Below are positions 19,132-26,984 of a DNA stretch of 64,000 nucleotides, piece after piece. Source of the DNA: an uncultured Nitrospirales bacterium. GTDB taxonomy: Bacteria; Nitrospirota; Nitrospiria; Nitrospirales; NS-4. The stretch is taken from assembly GCA_964610095.1 (NCBI GenBank), contig CAZSUT010000002.1, positions 27,027 to 91,026 on the forward strand, written 5' to 3'. The translations under genes and the position numbers were made by a program. Position 1 is the stretch's first letter; every line of letters starts with the position of its first letter. The notes beneath the pieces are model-generated. The model was not told the DNA's origin and did no database searches. It was given only the letters and a program-made list of their open reading frames with translations.

Positions 19132-19581
19132 CTAATCGATCCTCTCAAGCTCGGGGTGTTGATAGATGCGAAACCGGAGCCGACGGGCAACGTCTGAGGG
19201 AAGACTTTCGGAAAGCCTTTCACTGACTCTTTGACCAATCAGGCGGGAGACTTCCGTCGGGCGCCTATCCCCGAACTCGCTCAGCACGGCTCCAGCCACC
19301 CGCTCTTTATGATACCAACCGATACAATCAGTCTCTCGAAGGCAGAGCCATAAATTCGAGAAGAGCTTGTTGACCACCATGGCGCCGAGGCGCGCACTGG
19401 CTCCTTCCTCTTCTTTCAGATCTATCAGGAGAAGCAGGAAAGGGCAACCCGAGCGCTCAGAGCGCTTTCGCTCGATGGTCAAGAGGTACCGGAACGCCTC
19501 TTCGTTGTACGCGTGGCCCAGCCGACCCTCCAAGGCGACGCCGGATAAGCCCCGATCTGACTTCACCCGCATGTCAGACAC
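19132..19581 (-). CDS. Stand-alone degenerate GGDEF-like domain protein (I-site RxxD retained, active site lost)
   Basis: By eye, EEAFRYLLTIERKRSERSGCPFLLLLIDL...LRETDCIGWYHKERVAGAVL aligns to the GGDEF fold (PleD ...ALLIDID...RAIDLPCRYGGEEFVVIM). A GAAGGAAG Shine-Dalgarno precedes the ATG. Confidence 0.55.
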   Translation of the reverse strand: MSDMRVKSDRGLSGVALEGRLGHAYNEEAFRYLLTIERKRSERSGCPFLLLLIDLKEEEGASARLGAMVVNKLFSNLWLCLRETDCIGWYHKERVAGAVLSEFGDRRPTEVSRLIGQRVSERLSESLPSDVARRLRFRIYQHPELERID

Positions 19582-19626
19582 CGCTTCCTTCTAAGGTTAG
19601 ATTCCGTGACCGGCCATGGAAATTGG

Positions 19627-19638
19627 CACGCTGCCGCC
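19627..19638 (-). promoter_or_regulatory. ops-like element GGCGGCAGCGTG (11/12 match to E. coli ops GGCGGTAGCGTG)
   Basis: Read on the minus strand in the 126-nt gap between the NusG paralog and the downstream glycan genes. It is preceded by a 6-bp hairpin, CCGGTG-cat-CACCGG as written on the + strand, at 19642-19656. Confidence 0.35.
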
Positions 19639-19707
19639 ATTCCGGTGCATCACCGGTTCTGGATTTCCTCGCGGAGGATAAAAAACCTGCCAGCGGCGAT
19701 AGCCGCG

Positions 19708-20199
19708 TTAGGTGTTCACCACCTGCTCAAAGGGCAGCACGACACGCGCCTGGTACGTGAGCGTTCGCAACAACAGCACGACCCGTTCGTGGTCGCTCAT
19801 CTCTCTGACAAAGACTGCTTCGAGCCCCTGAAGAGGCCCTGTCTGAATCCGTATTACGTCTCCGGGAATAAATGAGGGCGTCGGGACTGTCAGATAGCCG
19901 TCGTGAAGCCTTGCTCGAATTCCTTCGATGATCTCGTCCTCTACGGTTGCGGGCACTGTGCCGAACGTCACGATATTTCGCACGCCCCTCGCGTATGCCA
20001 CTGCCCGATACTGCGTGTCCAACTGAAACCTGGCGAACAGGTATCGTGGGAACAACGGGCCGATTCGAGTCTCTGCCCTGCGGCGGATAACTTTTCTTTG
20101 CTTGAGCTGCGGATAGAATGTCTCTACCCCGAGCTTCTGCAGGCTGAGCTCCGCCACACGTTCATGTTGGGGTTTGGTATTGACTGCGTACCAAGGCAT
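19708..20199 (-). CDS. NusG-family specialised paralog (RfaH/UpxY-like transcription antiterminator)
   Basis: MPWYAVNTKPQHERVAELSLQKLGVETFYPQLKQ...LFPRYLFARF (NGN domain) plus a KOW-like GDVIRIQTGPLQGLEAVF. It sits at the head of the glycan operon. Confidence 0.8.
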   Translation of the reverse strand: MPWYAVNTKPQHERVAELSLQKLGVETFYPQLKQRKVIRRRAETRIGPLFPRYLFARFQLDTQYRAVAYARGVRNIVTFGTVPATVEDEIIEGIRARLHDGYLTVPTPSFIPGDVIRIQTGPLQGLEAVFVREMSDHERVVLLLRTLTYQARVVLPFEQVVNT

Positions 20200-20224
20200 A
20201 CCGCGTTATTTCCTCGCACGTTCC

Positions 20225-20623
20225 TTACAGCACAAACTTCAAACCGACAAAATACAATCCGCCCAAATTCGCGAATGGGAGTTTCCGCGTCCAACGGACT
20301 TCTGCCAGCGTCGGCGTCTTGGCTTTATTGACCGGCGTCGGCACGTGGATCCTCATAGCCTGGTTGACCTTCGGCTGGTGGTCCAGGAACAGCAGCATGC
20401 CGCCTGAGCTGACGTTGAGCGAGAGCCCCTTTCCTTGACGGGCCACGTGGGCTTCCTGTGACTCAAGTGCGAAAGCCGTGTCCATGTCGTAGAGCATTTC
20501 GTAGAGGATGGGTCGCAACAGCGCAACGCGTTCCGCGTGTTGTTGATGGCTCGCGACGACAGGCCATTCCCAGGTAGTGCTATATCCATTCAATTCATCT
20601 GAAGGTTCCACTGTCCCCTCCAT
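20225..20623 (-). CDS. PilZ-like domain protein (paralog 1, degenerate RxxxR)
   Basis: LSLNVSSGGMLLF contains the N-x-S-x-x-G motif, and the C-terminus YFVGLKFVL is shared with the two other paralogs. The first motif reads QHAER rather than RxxxR. The stop lies 25 nt upstream of the NusG paralog start. Confidence 0.6.
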   Translation of the reverse strand: MEGTVEPSDELNGYSTTWEWPVVASHQQHAERVALLRPILYEMLYDMDTAFALESQEAHVARQGKGLSLNVSSGGMLLFLDHQPKVNQAMRIHVPTPVNKAKTPTLAEVRWTRKLPFANLGGLYFVGLKFVL

Positions 20624-21127
20624 GACGCTTCGGCTGTGTAATCGAGATGTGAGTCCATGCTCGCTCCAGCGTGGGTCCCTACTGAATCGAGCCCCAACTA
20701 GTCTGCGGTCGCAGACTGCCTACACGCATTGCCAGCCTCGGTCTCGCTGTCATCACCATCCTCTCGCCATTTGTTGGTGGCCCTGGTACTTCCCGGCCCG
20801 CCGCTGTCCAGTGCGATCTCCTCCTCTCCCGGAATTCCCTGGGAAAGCTCCTGCGCGTGGTTTCAACAGGCTGCGGGCAGGCTGATGTTTCATTCCAACT
20901 ATGTGATATTCCTACTATTTGACGAAAAAACTACGCGCTTGATGCATCAGCATCCGGTATCTATGGGTCAGTTGATCCTGAGTGGGAGGGACACTAAAAG
21001 AACTGGAGGAGAGGCACAATTCCTATTATGTAGGTTTACCCATACAAAAGGGGGGTTGACTCCCCTAGTGGTCTAGCTTACCCTTAGCGCCCCTATTCTA
21101 GGACCTCTTACCTGCAGAGGAGACACC

Positions 21128-21754
21128 ATGGAAGCAAAGATAGAGACGACGCAGTCAACCGAAGAGCTGCCCGTTTCATCTGACGTTGTGGAGACACTTG
21201 TCAAGCAGCGTATTGGCCCGGGAATCCTGCTGCTCTCGCCCGCGCTGCAACTGATACACATGAACCGGCGGGCCTGGGAGCTGAGCGGGAAGATCACGCA
21301 GTCGGAGAATGGGAAAGCGGCCATGGGCGTGCTCCCGACGGCTGTCACCAAACTGTGCGCCGAAGTCATCACGGCGCTCCAGGTCAAAACCGTTGCGAAA
21401 GACTGGGAGCAGGTGCAGATCAGGCGCTTGGTAGCCACCCCGAGGCCGCCCGTGCTGCTCCGGGCCTTCGGGCTGCCCGATCGTGGGGGCGTCCAGCAGG
21501 CGCGGATCCTCATCCTCATGGAGGAGGTTCCCCAGCGCAAAGAGCGCGCCACCGAGAAGGCGCGGGAGCGGTTCCATCTCACCGCCCGCCAGCATGGCGT
21601 GGTCAGCTATCTGGCCAAAGGGCATACAAACAAGGAAATCGCGAACGCGCTCGCCATTACCGAACAGACGGTCAAAGAGCACATCAAGCACATCATGGAG
21701 AAAACCCGCACCACCACTCGCACGGGCATCCTGGCGCGAGTTTTCAGTTCCTGA
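21128..21754 (+). CDS. LuxR-family transcriptional regulator with an N-terminal PAS-like sensor domain
   Basis: The C-terminal HTH is LTARQHGVVSYLAKGHTNKEIANALAITEQTVKEHIKHIMEKT. The N-terminal domain is paralogous to ORF 23220..23687. GAGGAGA precedes the ATG. Confidence 0.8.
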   Translation: MEAKIETTQSTEELPVSSDVVETLVKQRIGPGILLLSPALQLIHMNRRAWELSGKITQSENGKAAMGVLPTAVTKLCAEVITALQVKTVAKDWEQVQIRRLVATPRPPVLLRAFGLPDRGGVQQARILILMEEVPQRKERATEKARERFHLTARQHGVVSYLAKGHTNKEIANALAITEQTVKEHIKHIMEKTRTTTRTGILARVFSS

Positions 21755-21985
21755 GAGGCCCCTCTCGGCCGCAGCGCCGACCGGTCCCAGCATTGGGCCT
21801 CGCCACAACTTCCCCTTTAAACCGAACTAGGTCCTATGTGCGGGTGCGTTCAACATTGTTCAGATTCGTTCCCACGACTGACGGCTCCGCCCAAGCCATG
21901 GTTGATTGTAAATCAATAACTTAAGTGTGTACCCACCAAAAGTATGAATCCGTTTGACTACGCCTAACTCCGTTTCAACACAAAT

Positions 21986-22543
21986 TTGATTGTACCGATG
22001 TTGTTGCAGACCCTCTTTAAATTTAAGGTGTTACGTAGCTCGAAGTCAGTTGCGCCCGATTCGGCATTTTATTTGCGTAATCTCAACCCGAGTGAAGCCC
22101 ATCTCACTGCTCAGCAGCAGCGAGGAAGAACGCAGAAACAGGGGGAGCAGGTGGAATCTGAACCTTTCCGAGAGAGACCAGGCACTCCGGTCCATCAGGA
22201 CTGCAGACGCGCCGAGCGTGCAGCCTTCATGGAATATTGTCCCTATGAAATCAGTGAGTCTCTGGGTGAAGACGCGATCGCGATTCACCAAGGGGAGGCG
22301 CTCTCGATCAACATCAGCAAAGAGGGCATGCTGCTTCTAATGGATCAGCGCCCTCCGGTGCAGCAGGTGTTCGAAATTCAGGTGCCCGCCTCCACCAGGG
22401 GCAAGACCACAGGTTTAGTTGAAGTCTGCTGGACACGTAAGATTCCGATTGAGGACTTAGACAGTAGGTACCTAGTCGGGGTCAAGTTCCTGTTCGACCT
22501 CGATACCTCTTCCCAGCAACGAGTAGTTGAGCACATCCTCTAA
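21986..22543 (+). CDS. PilZ domain protein (paralog 2)
   Basis: RRAER (RxxxR) and SINISKEGMLLL (N-x-S-x-x-G). The C-terminus is YLVGVKFLFDL. The start is uncertain: TTG at 21986, ATG at 21998, or GTG at 22151 after GGGGGAG. Confidence 0.65.
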   Translation: MIVPMLLQTLFKFKVLRSSKSVAPDSAFYLRNLNPSEAHLTAQQQRGRTQKQGEQVESEPFRERPGTPVHQDCRRAERAAFMEYCPYEISESLGEDAIAIHQGEALSINISKEGMLLLMDQRPPVQQVFEIQVPASTRGKTTGLVEVCWTRKIPIEDLDSRYLVGVKFLFDLDTSSQQRVVEHIL

Positions 22544-22821
22544 CGTATCCTCTTCTACCGTCCGTCCACACGCAGCGGTCCTCTCACGACAGCGACATTA
22601 AAGGAATTTGCAGCCGTGAGAGGTTCGTCACTTTAATTCTCAACGCGTGTTTTCACAAGGGCTTGATTATCGGCTTGGTTTCCCCGTTTAAGCCTAAAAT
22701 CAATATGTTGCTCAGAATGAGCACAGGTGAACCCCCAACTCACCAGAGGGCTCTTCCGCGCTTAAGCACGGCTATTGCATCGCAAATCAGGTGGGAGGAA
22801 TAATAACTGGAGGGCGCCGAA

Positions 22822-23157
22822 ATGCCGGACCTTCCGGAACGCAGAAGCAGCGAGCGTCTACCCCTTATACGACCTTGCCCCTACGAACTCAGCAGGGTCA
22901 CGAGTGGCGGTGCCGTCGAGGTATCACAAGGTTACGCGGTCTCGATCAATATCAGCTCGGAGGGCATGTTGCTCTTTATGCCCCAGGCGCCGGGCGAGAG
23001 GCAAGTCTTCGAAGTCCAGGTGCCCTCTCTGGCCACGCAAGAGAGTAGAACAATGTTAGTGGAAAGATGCTGGTCCCGACAGATTCCCATGAGCGCAGAT
23101 ACCACCATGCACTTAGTCGGCGTCAGGTTCCTGTTCGAAGTGCCTTCCTCTCGGTAA
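22822..23157 (+). CDS. PilZ domain protein (paralog 3, canonical motifs)
   Basis: RRSSER (RxxxR) and SINISSEGMLLF (N-x-S-x-x-G). The C-terminus is HLVGVRFLFEV. 111 aa. Confidence 0.75.
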   Translation: MPDLPERRSSERLPLIRPCPYELSRVTSGGAVEVSQGYAVSINISSEGMLLFMPQAPGERQVFEVQVPSLATQESRTMLVERCWSRQIPMSADTTMHLVGVRFLFEVPSSR

Positions 23158-23219
23158 CGCACTACAATCGGCCTCTCGTCAGATCGCCCCTGCTCGTTCG
23201 GACACCGATTCGCCAGTCG

Positions 23220-23687
23220 CTAGGCAACAGCTTTCTTAACATTGGCAAGATGTTGCAGCTCTTCTGCCTGTTCAGTGACGTGCTCTGGAACTCCGAGATC
23301 CTCTTCTTCCAAGGTAATGACAACGAAAGTGCCGTCACTCGATTTGTGATCAGGCAGTCCGTACCCGCGAAGCAGCACCCTCCGCCCAGGTTCGCCAACG
23401 ATGCGCCTTATTTCGAATGGGTCCCAGGTGCTTGCCGCCGTGCGGCGGTTTAAAGCTTCTAGGACTTGAACATAAAGCCCAAACACTGGTGTCGAGACGA
23501 GGCTCCTGACGGACCCAACCTCAACCTGACCGATTCGACCTGCTAGCTCAAGGGCGCGTCGGTTCACGCGAAGCACTTGGAACGTGGGTGAAAATACAAG
23601 AATTCCTGGTCCACTGGGGGCATGAGCCAATTTCTCCGAAGAGTTCGGAGCAGGAACAGGCTCTCCCAAGCCACTTGTGGTTTGCAT
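23220..23687 (-). CDS. Stand-alone PAS-like domain protein, paralog of the LuxR regulator N-terminus
   Basis: GPGILVFSPTFQVLRVNRRALELAGRI and EIRRIVGEPGRRVLLRGYGLPD align with GPGILLLSPALQLIHMNRRAWELSGKI and QIRRLVATPRPPVLLRAFGLPD of ORF 21128. The ATG at 23687 is preceded by GAGGAGGA; the ORF-track start at 23774 is rejected. Confidence 0.6.
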   Translation of the reverse strand: MQTTSGLGEPVPAPNSSEKLAHAPSGPGILVFSPTFQVLRVNRRALELAGRIGQVEVGSVRSLVSTPVFGLYVQVLEALNRRTAASTWDPFEIRRIVGEPGRRVLLRGYGLPDHKSSDGTFVVITLEEEDLGVPEHVTEQAEELQHLANVKKAVA

Positions 23688-24541
23688 GTTAAGATTCCTC
23701 CTCTCGACTAAACCGAGCGGACGCAAACCTTCCGAAAGAAAACTGGGGGGATAGCGGGCAGGAGCACAAGTCACCTAAGAGAGGAACTCGATCAAGTAAA
23801 GAAAAAAGCGAATCGGAGAATTCACCGGCCTTGTCAAGAACCTGTGGAAAGCCTGTGAATATGGCAAGAACAGTACCAGTGAGCCCATGTGCGAGCAATC
23901 CCTACAAAAGGGTTACGAACTACTACTAGAGGCTTTGTGAAGGAATGGCAACAAAATTAATGAGTTAAACAAACCGAGGCGGCTAATTACTTGATCAAGA
24001 GTGAATAAACCTGGATGTCAGTGCCTCCTAAGGAGATCCTGAGATTGTCCATAGATTTGAGCTCGCAGCGTTCAGACAACTACAGAAAAAAGCTTCTTAG
24101 TTAAAACGGTTGGCGGGGATCCATAAACCACGAGAGAGGCTTGTTCCAGCTTTCCAGTGTCATAAAACTTGACAGTCCAGGATAGTAATTCAACCTTGCC
24201 CAAAATGAACTGAAAAGGCTGATCATTCCACCGCCTTATGAGTGAGCGAATCATTCCCGCTTCCTATGAGCCTTGCTCTGTACTGTCGGAAGAATTGACA
24301 CCTAACTAGAACGTACAAATCCAACGTTAGACAAATCAAGGAATTACATTCCAGTACGGGAAATGCATTCACCTTGAACGGAGTTGTGTGCTTGCCCCGT
24401 GAGACGCTAACCATGCGGGGGGTTGGTTGCTGTTGTGCCCCATGCAAGTTCTGGGCTCGCGGGGCTCGTGGCGTGGCGGCGCACGCGAGAAATCCGACGT
24501 CGGGGCGCACGGCCGTACGCCCTGATTCGGAAAGAGGCGCT

Positions 24542-24709
24542 ATGCACAGCGAGCAACACAGAATTGAGAAGGAGCCCGTGACGTTTGTCTGGATGCGCAC
24601 ATGCCCGTGGTGTGCCAAGGCCATCGAGAAAGGCTACCCCGAAACAGCATGGGTCTGCGCCTGTTCGTGGACGGACCAAAATCAGCCCAAGGGGCCGCTC
24701 GGACTATGA
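24542..24709 (+). CDS. Possible small Cys-rich (zinc-ribbon-like) protein
   Basis: An internal ATG follows GGAAAGAGG. The 55-aa product carries CPWC...CAC. There is no other support. Confidence 0.25.
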   Translation: MHSEQHRIEKEPVTFVWMRTCPWCAKAIEKGYPETAWVCACSWTDQNQPKGPLGL

Positions 24710-24795
24710 GCCAGCGCATATTTACATCTCGTTGGGCCTTTTCGGGTCCCGTCCGATGCCGTCCTTAATCCCTTCCGAGGTCCAAAGAGACTTCA

Positions 24796-24999
24796 ATGCC
24801 TGGGGAGCATGAACTAGTAGAGACCCTGAGAGCGCAGGTAGATGAGCTGAAGTTCGCTTTACTATGGGAGCGGACCCAAAAGGAGCGACTCCTGGAAGAA
24901 CAAAGTGGGTTTCGAAGAGAAATCAGACGATTGCAGAACATGGTGACTGATCTGGAGCTACAACTTGCTGAGAGGAAGCATGAATCTGCCCCTTCTTGA
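24796..24999 (+). CDS. Possible small coiled-coil protein
   Basis: 67 aa with heptad-like charged/Leu pattern (LRAQVDELKFALLWERTQKERLLEEQ...LELQLAERK). No homolog recognised. Confidence 0.3.
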   Translation: MPGEHELVETLRAQVDELKFALLWERTQKERLLEEQSGFRREIRRLQNMVTDLELQLAERKHESAPS

Positions 25000-25162
25000 T
25001 CCTGCCCATTGTCAGCGCCTTGCCGAGTAAGGTCACCCGCCAGTTCAAAAACCTCCTTCCTCTTCTCAGTGCTATCAATAGATTTTTAAAGAACACCTAT
25101 TTAACACTTGCCCATCAGGGCAAAAACGCCGATACTTGCAACTCCCTGATAAACCAAGCTAC

Positions 25163-25238
25163 GCGCCCGTAGCTCAATGGATAGAGCATCAGACTACGGA
25201 TCTGAGGGCTGGGGGTTCAAATCCCTCCGGGCGCGCCA
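25163..25238 (+). tRNA. tRNA-Arg (anticodon ACG), CCA encoded
   Basis: Hand-folded cloverleaf: acceptor GCGCCCG/CGGGCGC, D arm GCTC-AATGGATA-GAGC, anticodon stem TCAGA/TCTGA with loop CTACGGA, T loop TTCAAAT. Confidence 0.9.
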
Positions 25239-25245
25239 CCATCAC

Positions 25246-25971
25246 ATGGGACATCCAACGGCCGTCCAAGAGCTCAAAACCAGACTGTCGGGGGCCCGCG
25301 CGGTGGCCGTCCTGACGGGCGCAGGGATCTCAGCGGACAGCGGGGTCCCGACGTTTCGCGGAGCCGACGGGCTTTGGCGGACGTACCGGGCCGAAGACCT
25401 GGCAACCCCGGAGGCCTTCGCGCGCGACCACCACCTGGTCTGGGAATGGTACAACTGGCGGCGCGAGCTCATCGCCACCAAGAGCCCGAACGCCGCCCAC
25501 TACGCGCTGGTCGACTTTGAGCGCAGGGTCGAGCGCTTCTGGTTGATCACGCAAAACGTGGACGGACTACATCCTGCCGCCGGCTCCCAGAAGCTCTCCG
25601 AGATCCACGGGAACATCTGGAAGGTCCGGTGCACCCAGTGCGGACAAGTGGGAACGAATCGCGCGGTGCCGATCCCCATTCCGCCCCGCTGCCCAACGTG
25701 CAACGGGCTGCTGCGTCCGCACATCGTCTGGTTCGGGGAATCGCTGGACCCGGTGGACCTCGAACGCAGTTTCTCCGCCGTGCGCTCGTGCGAGGTGCTG
25801 CTCATCGTCGGCACATCGGGAATCGTGTACCCGGCAGCGTCCTTCGCTTCGCTCGCCAAGGAGGCCGGCGCCTTCGTCGCGGAGGTCAATCTCGACCCGA
25901 CGCCGAACACCCAGGTTGTGGATGTCGCGATCCAGGGCCACGCAAAAGACATCGTACCCGCGCTGCTCTAA
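25246..25971 (+). CDS. cobB: NAD-dependent protein deacylase (Sir2 family)
   Basis: GAGISADSGVPTFRGADGLW, QNVDGLH and the Zn site CTQCG...CPTCNG. The start is moved to M24 at 25246, because the ORF-track start at 25177 lies inside the tRNA. Confidence 0.9.
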   Translation: MGHPTAVQELKTRLSGARAVAVLTGAGISADSGVPTFRGADGLWRTYRAEDLATPEAFARDHHLVWEWYNWRRELIATKSPNAAHYALVDFERRVERFWLITQNVDGLHPAAGSQKLSEIHGNIWKVRCTQCGQVGTNRAVPIPIPPRCPTCNGLLRPHIVWFGESLDPVDLERSFSAVRSCEVLLIVGTSGIVYPAASFASLAKEAGAFVAEVNLDPTPNTQVVDVAIQGHAKDIVPALL

Positions 25972-26036
25972 CTCAGGCCTCTTGCACCTGCCTCCGGCCT
26001 CATAGTAGGGTAGCGTATCCGATCGGGTAGGGGGTT

Positions 26037-26372
26037 ATGCGAAACCAGATGTTGCGGCGGGCCATCTTGCAGTTGCTCTACGAGCGCGCGTTGGAGGCGC
26101 CGCAGTCGCTCATCGCCGGCATCGAGGCTCGCGAGATCGTCCTTCAGCTCGGCATGACCGACAAGGAGTTCGCCTTCAACGCCCTATACCTGGACGGCAA
26201 AGGCTTGATCACCAACGATCGGGCTAGCAACGGGGGGGAACTGCAGTTCAACGCCATCATGCTCACGCCTGCCGGCATCGACGCCATCGAGAATCCGACC
26301 GACTTCGACCGGCTCGTGCCCCTCACAGAGGACACGGGCGCCCACAACCACCGCCTCAAATCACATCCTTAA
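26037..26372 (+). CDS. Hypothetical protein (possibly winged-helix-like)
   Basis: 111-aa ORF with ordinary amino-acid composition. No motif recognised. Confidence 0.45.
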   Translation: MRNQMLRRAILQLLYERALEAPQSLIAGIEAREIVLQLGMTDKEFAFNALYLDGKGLITNDRASNGGELQFNAIMLTPAGIDAIENPTDFDRLVPLTEDTGAHNHRLKSHP

Positions 26373-26407
26373 CGCGATTTCCACCGGGTTTTCGCCCGCC
26401 GTCCCTC

Positions 26408-26881
26408 TTACCTAAGAGACATGCTCTGCTGCCCGCCCTTGCGTGCCAGGAACACGGCCAAAACCAGCGCGACGATGACCAGCACGTTGACGCCCACATC
26501 AAGGAGATATCGGTGAAAGACCTCGGCGGTCAAGTTCTCCGAATACGCGGTCTCGGCCCCGGTGGTCAGAATGCGCCGGGTGGACGCGATGATGCAGATA
26601 TACAAGAAAGGCTCCAGCGTGATGATGTGGGTCTTGAGAAAATTGATGATGGTCCGGAACAGTTCCAATAAGATGACGACCAGCAACAGGTCATGAATAA
26701 GGGTGAGCGACGCAGGAAGGACTCCCGAGGCCAACGTCTTCAGAAAGGTGTACCAGGCATGAGCGAAGACCACCATGCCGAGCAACAGGAAGCTGAACCC
26801 GGCGGTGATGTAGCCCAACCCATCGAGGGTCTCCATCCATGCAATCCAGAGATTTCGTCTGGGTTCTTCGTCCATAGGCAA
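26408..26881 (-). CDS. PsiE-like (phosphate-starvation-inducible E family) membrane protein
   Basis: Four TM helices. The HDLLLVVILLELFRTIINFL and ASTRRIL pattern resembles the PsiE family. Confidence 0.55.
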   Translation of the reverse strand: MPMDEEPRRNLWIAWMETLDGLGYITAGFSFLLLGMVVFAHAWYTFLKTLASGVLPASLTLIHDLLLVVILLELFRTIINFLKTHIITLEPFLYICIIASTRRILTTGAETAYSENLTAEVFHRYLLDVGVNVLVIVALVLAVFLARKGGQQSMSLR

Positions 26882-26984
26882 CGCGAGCCTAGCATACGAA
26901 CCCTAAGTGGTCAACCACAGGTCCCGCGCTCCGCTGTTGTTGGTCGTCGCTCCTATGTGCTAGCCTTCCAGCATTGACAGCACG

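Noticed and set aside
21176-21924. ORFs 21176..21808 (-), 21355..21924 (+) and 21483..21830 (+) overlapping the LuxR regulator gene.
   Set aside because: The frame 21128..21754 has a textbook LuxR HTH and a paralog elsewhere. The alternatives are Arg/Pro/Gly-rich shadows.
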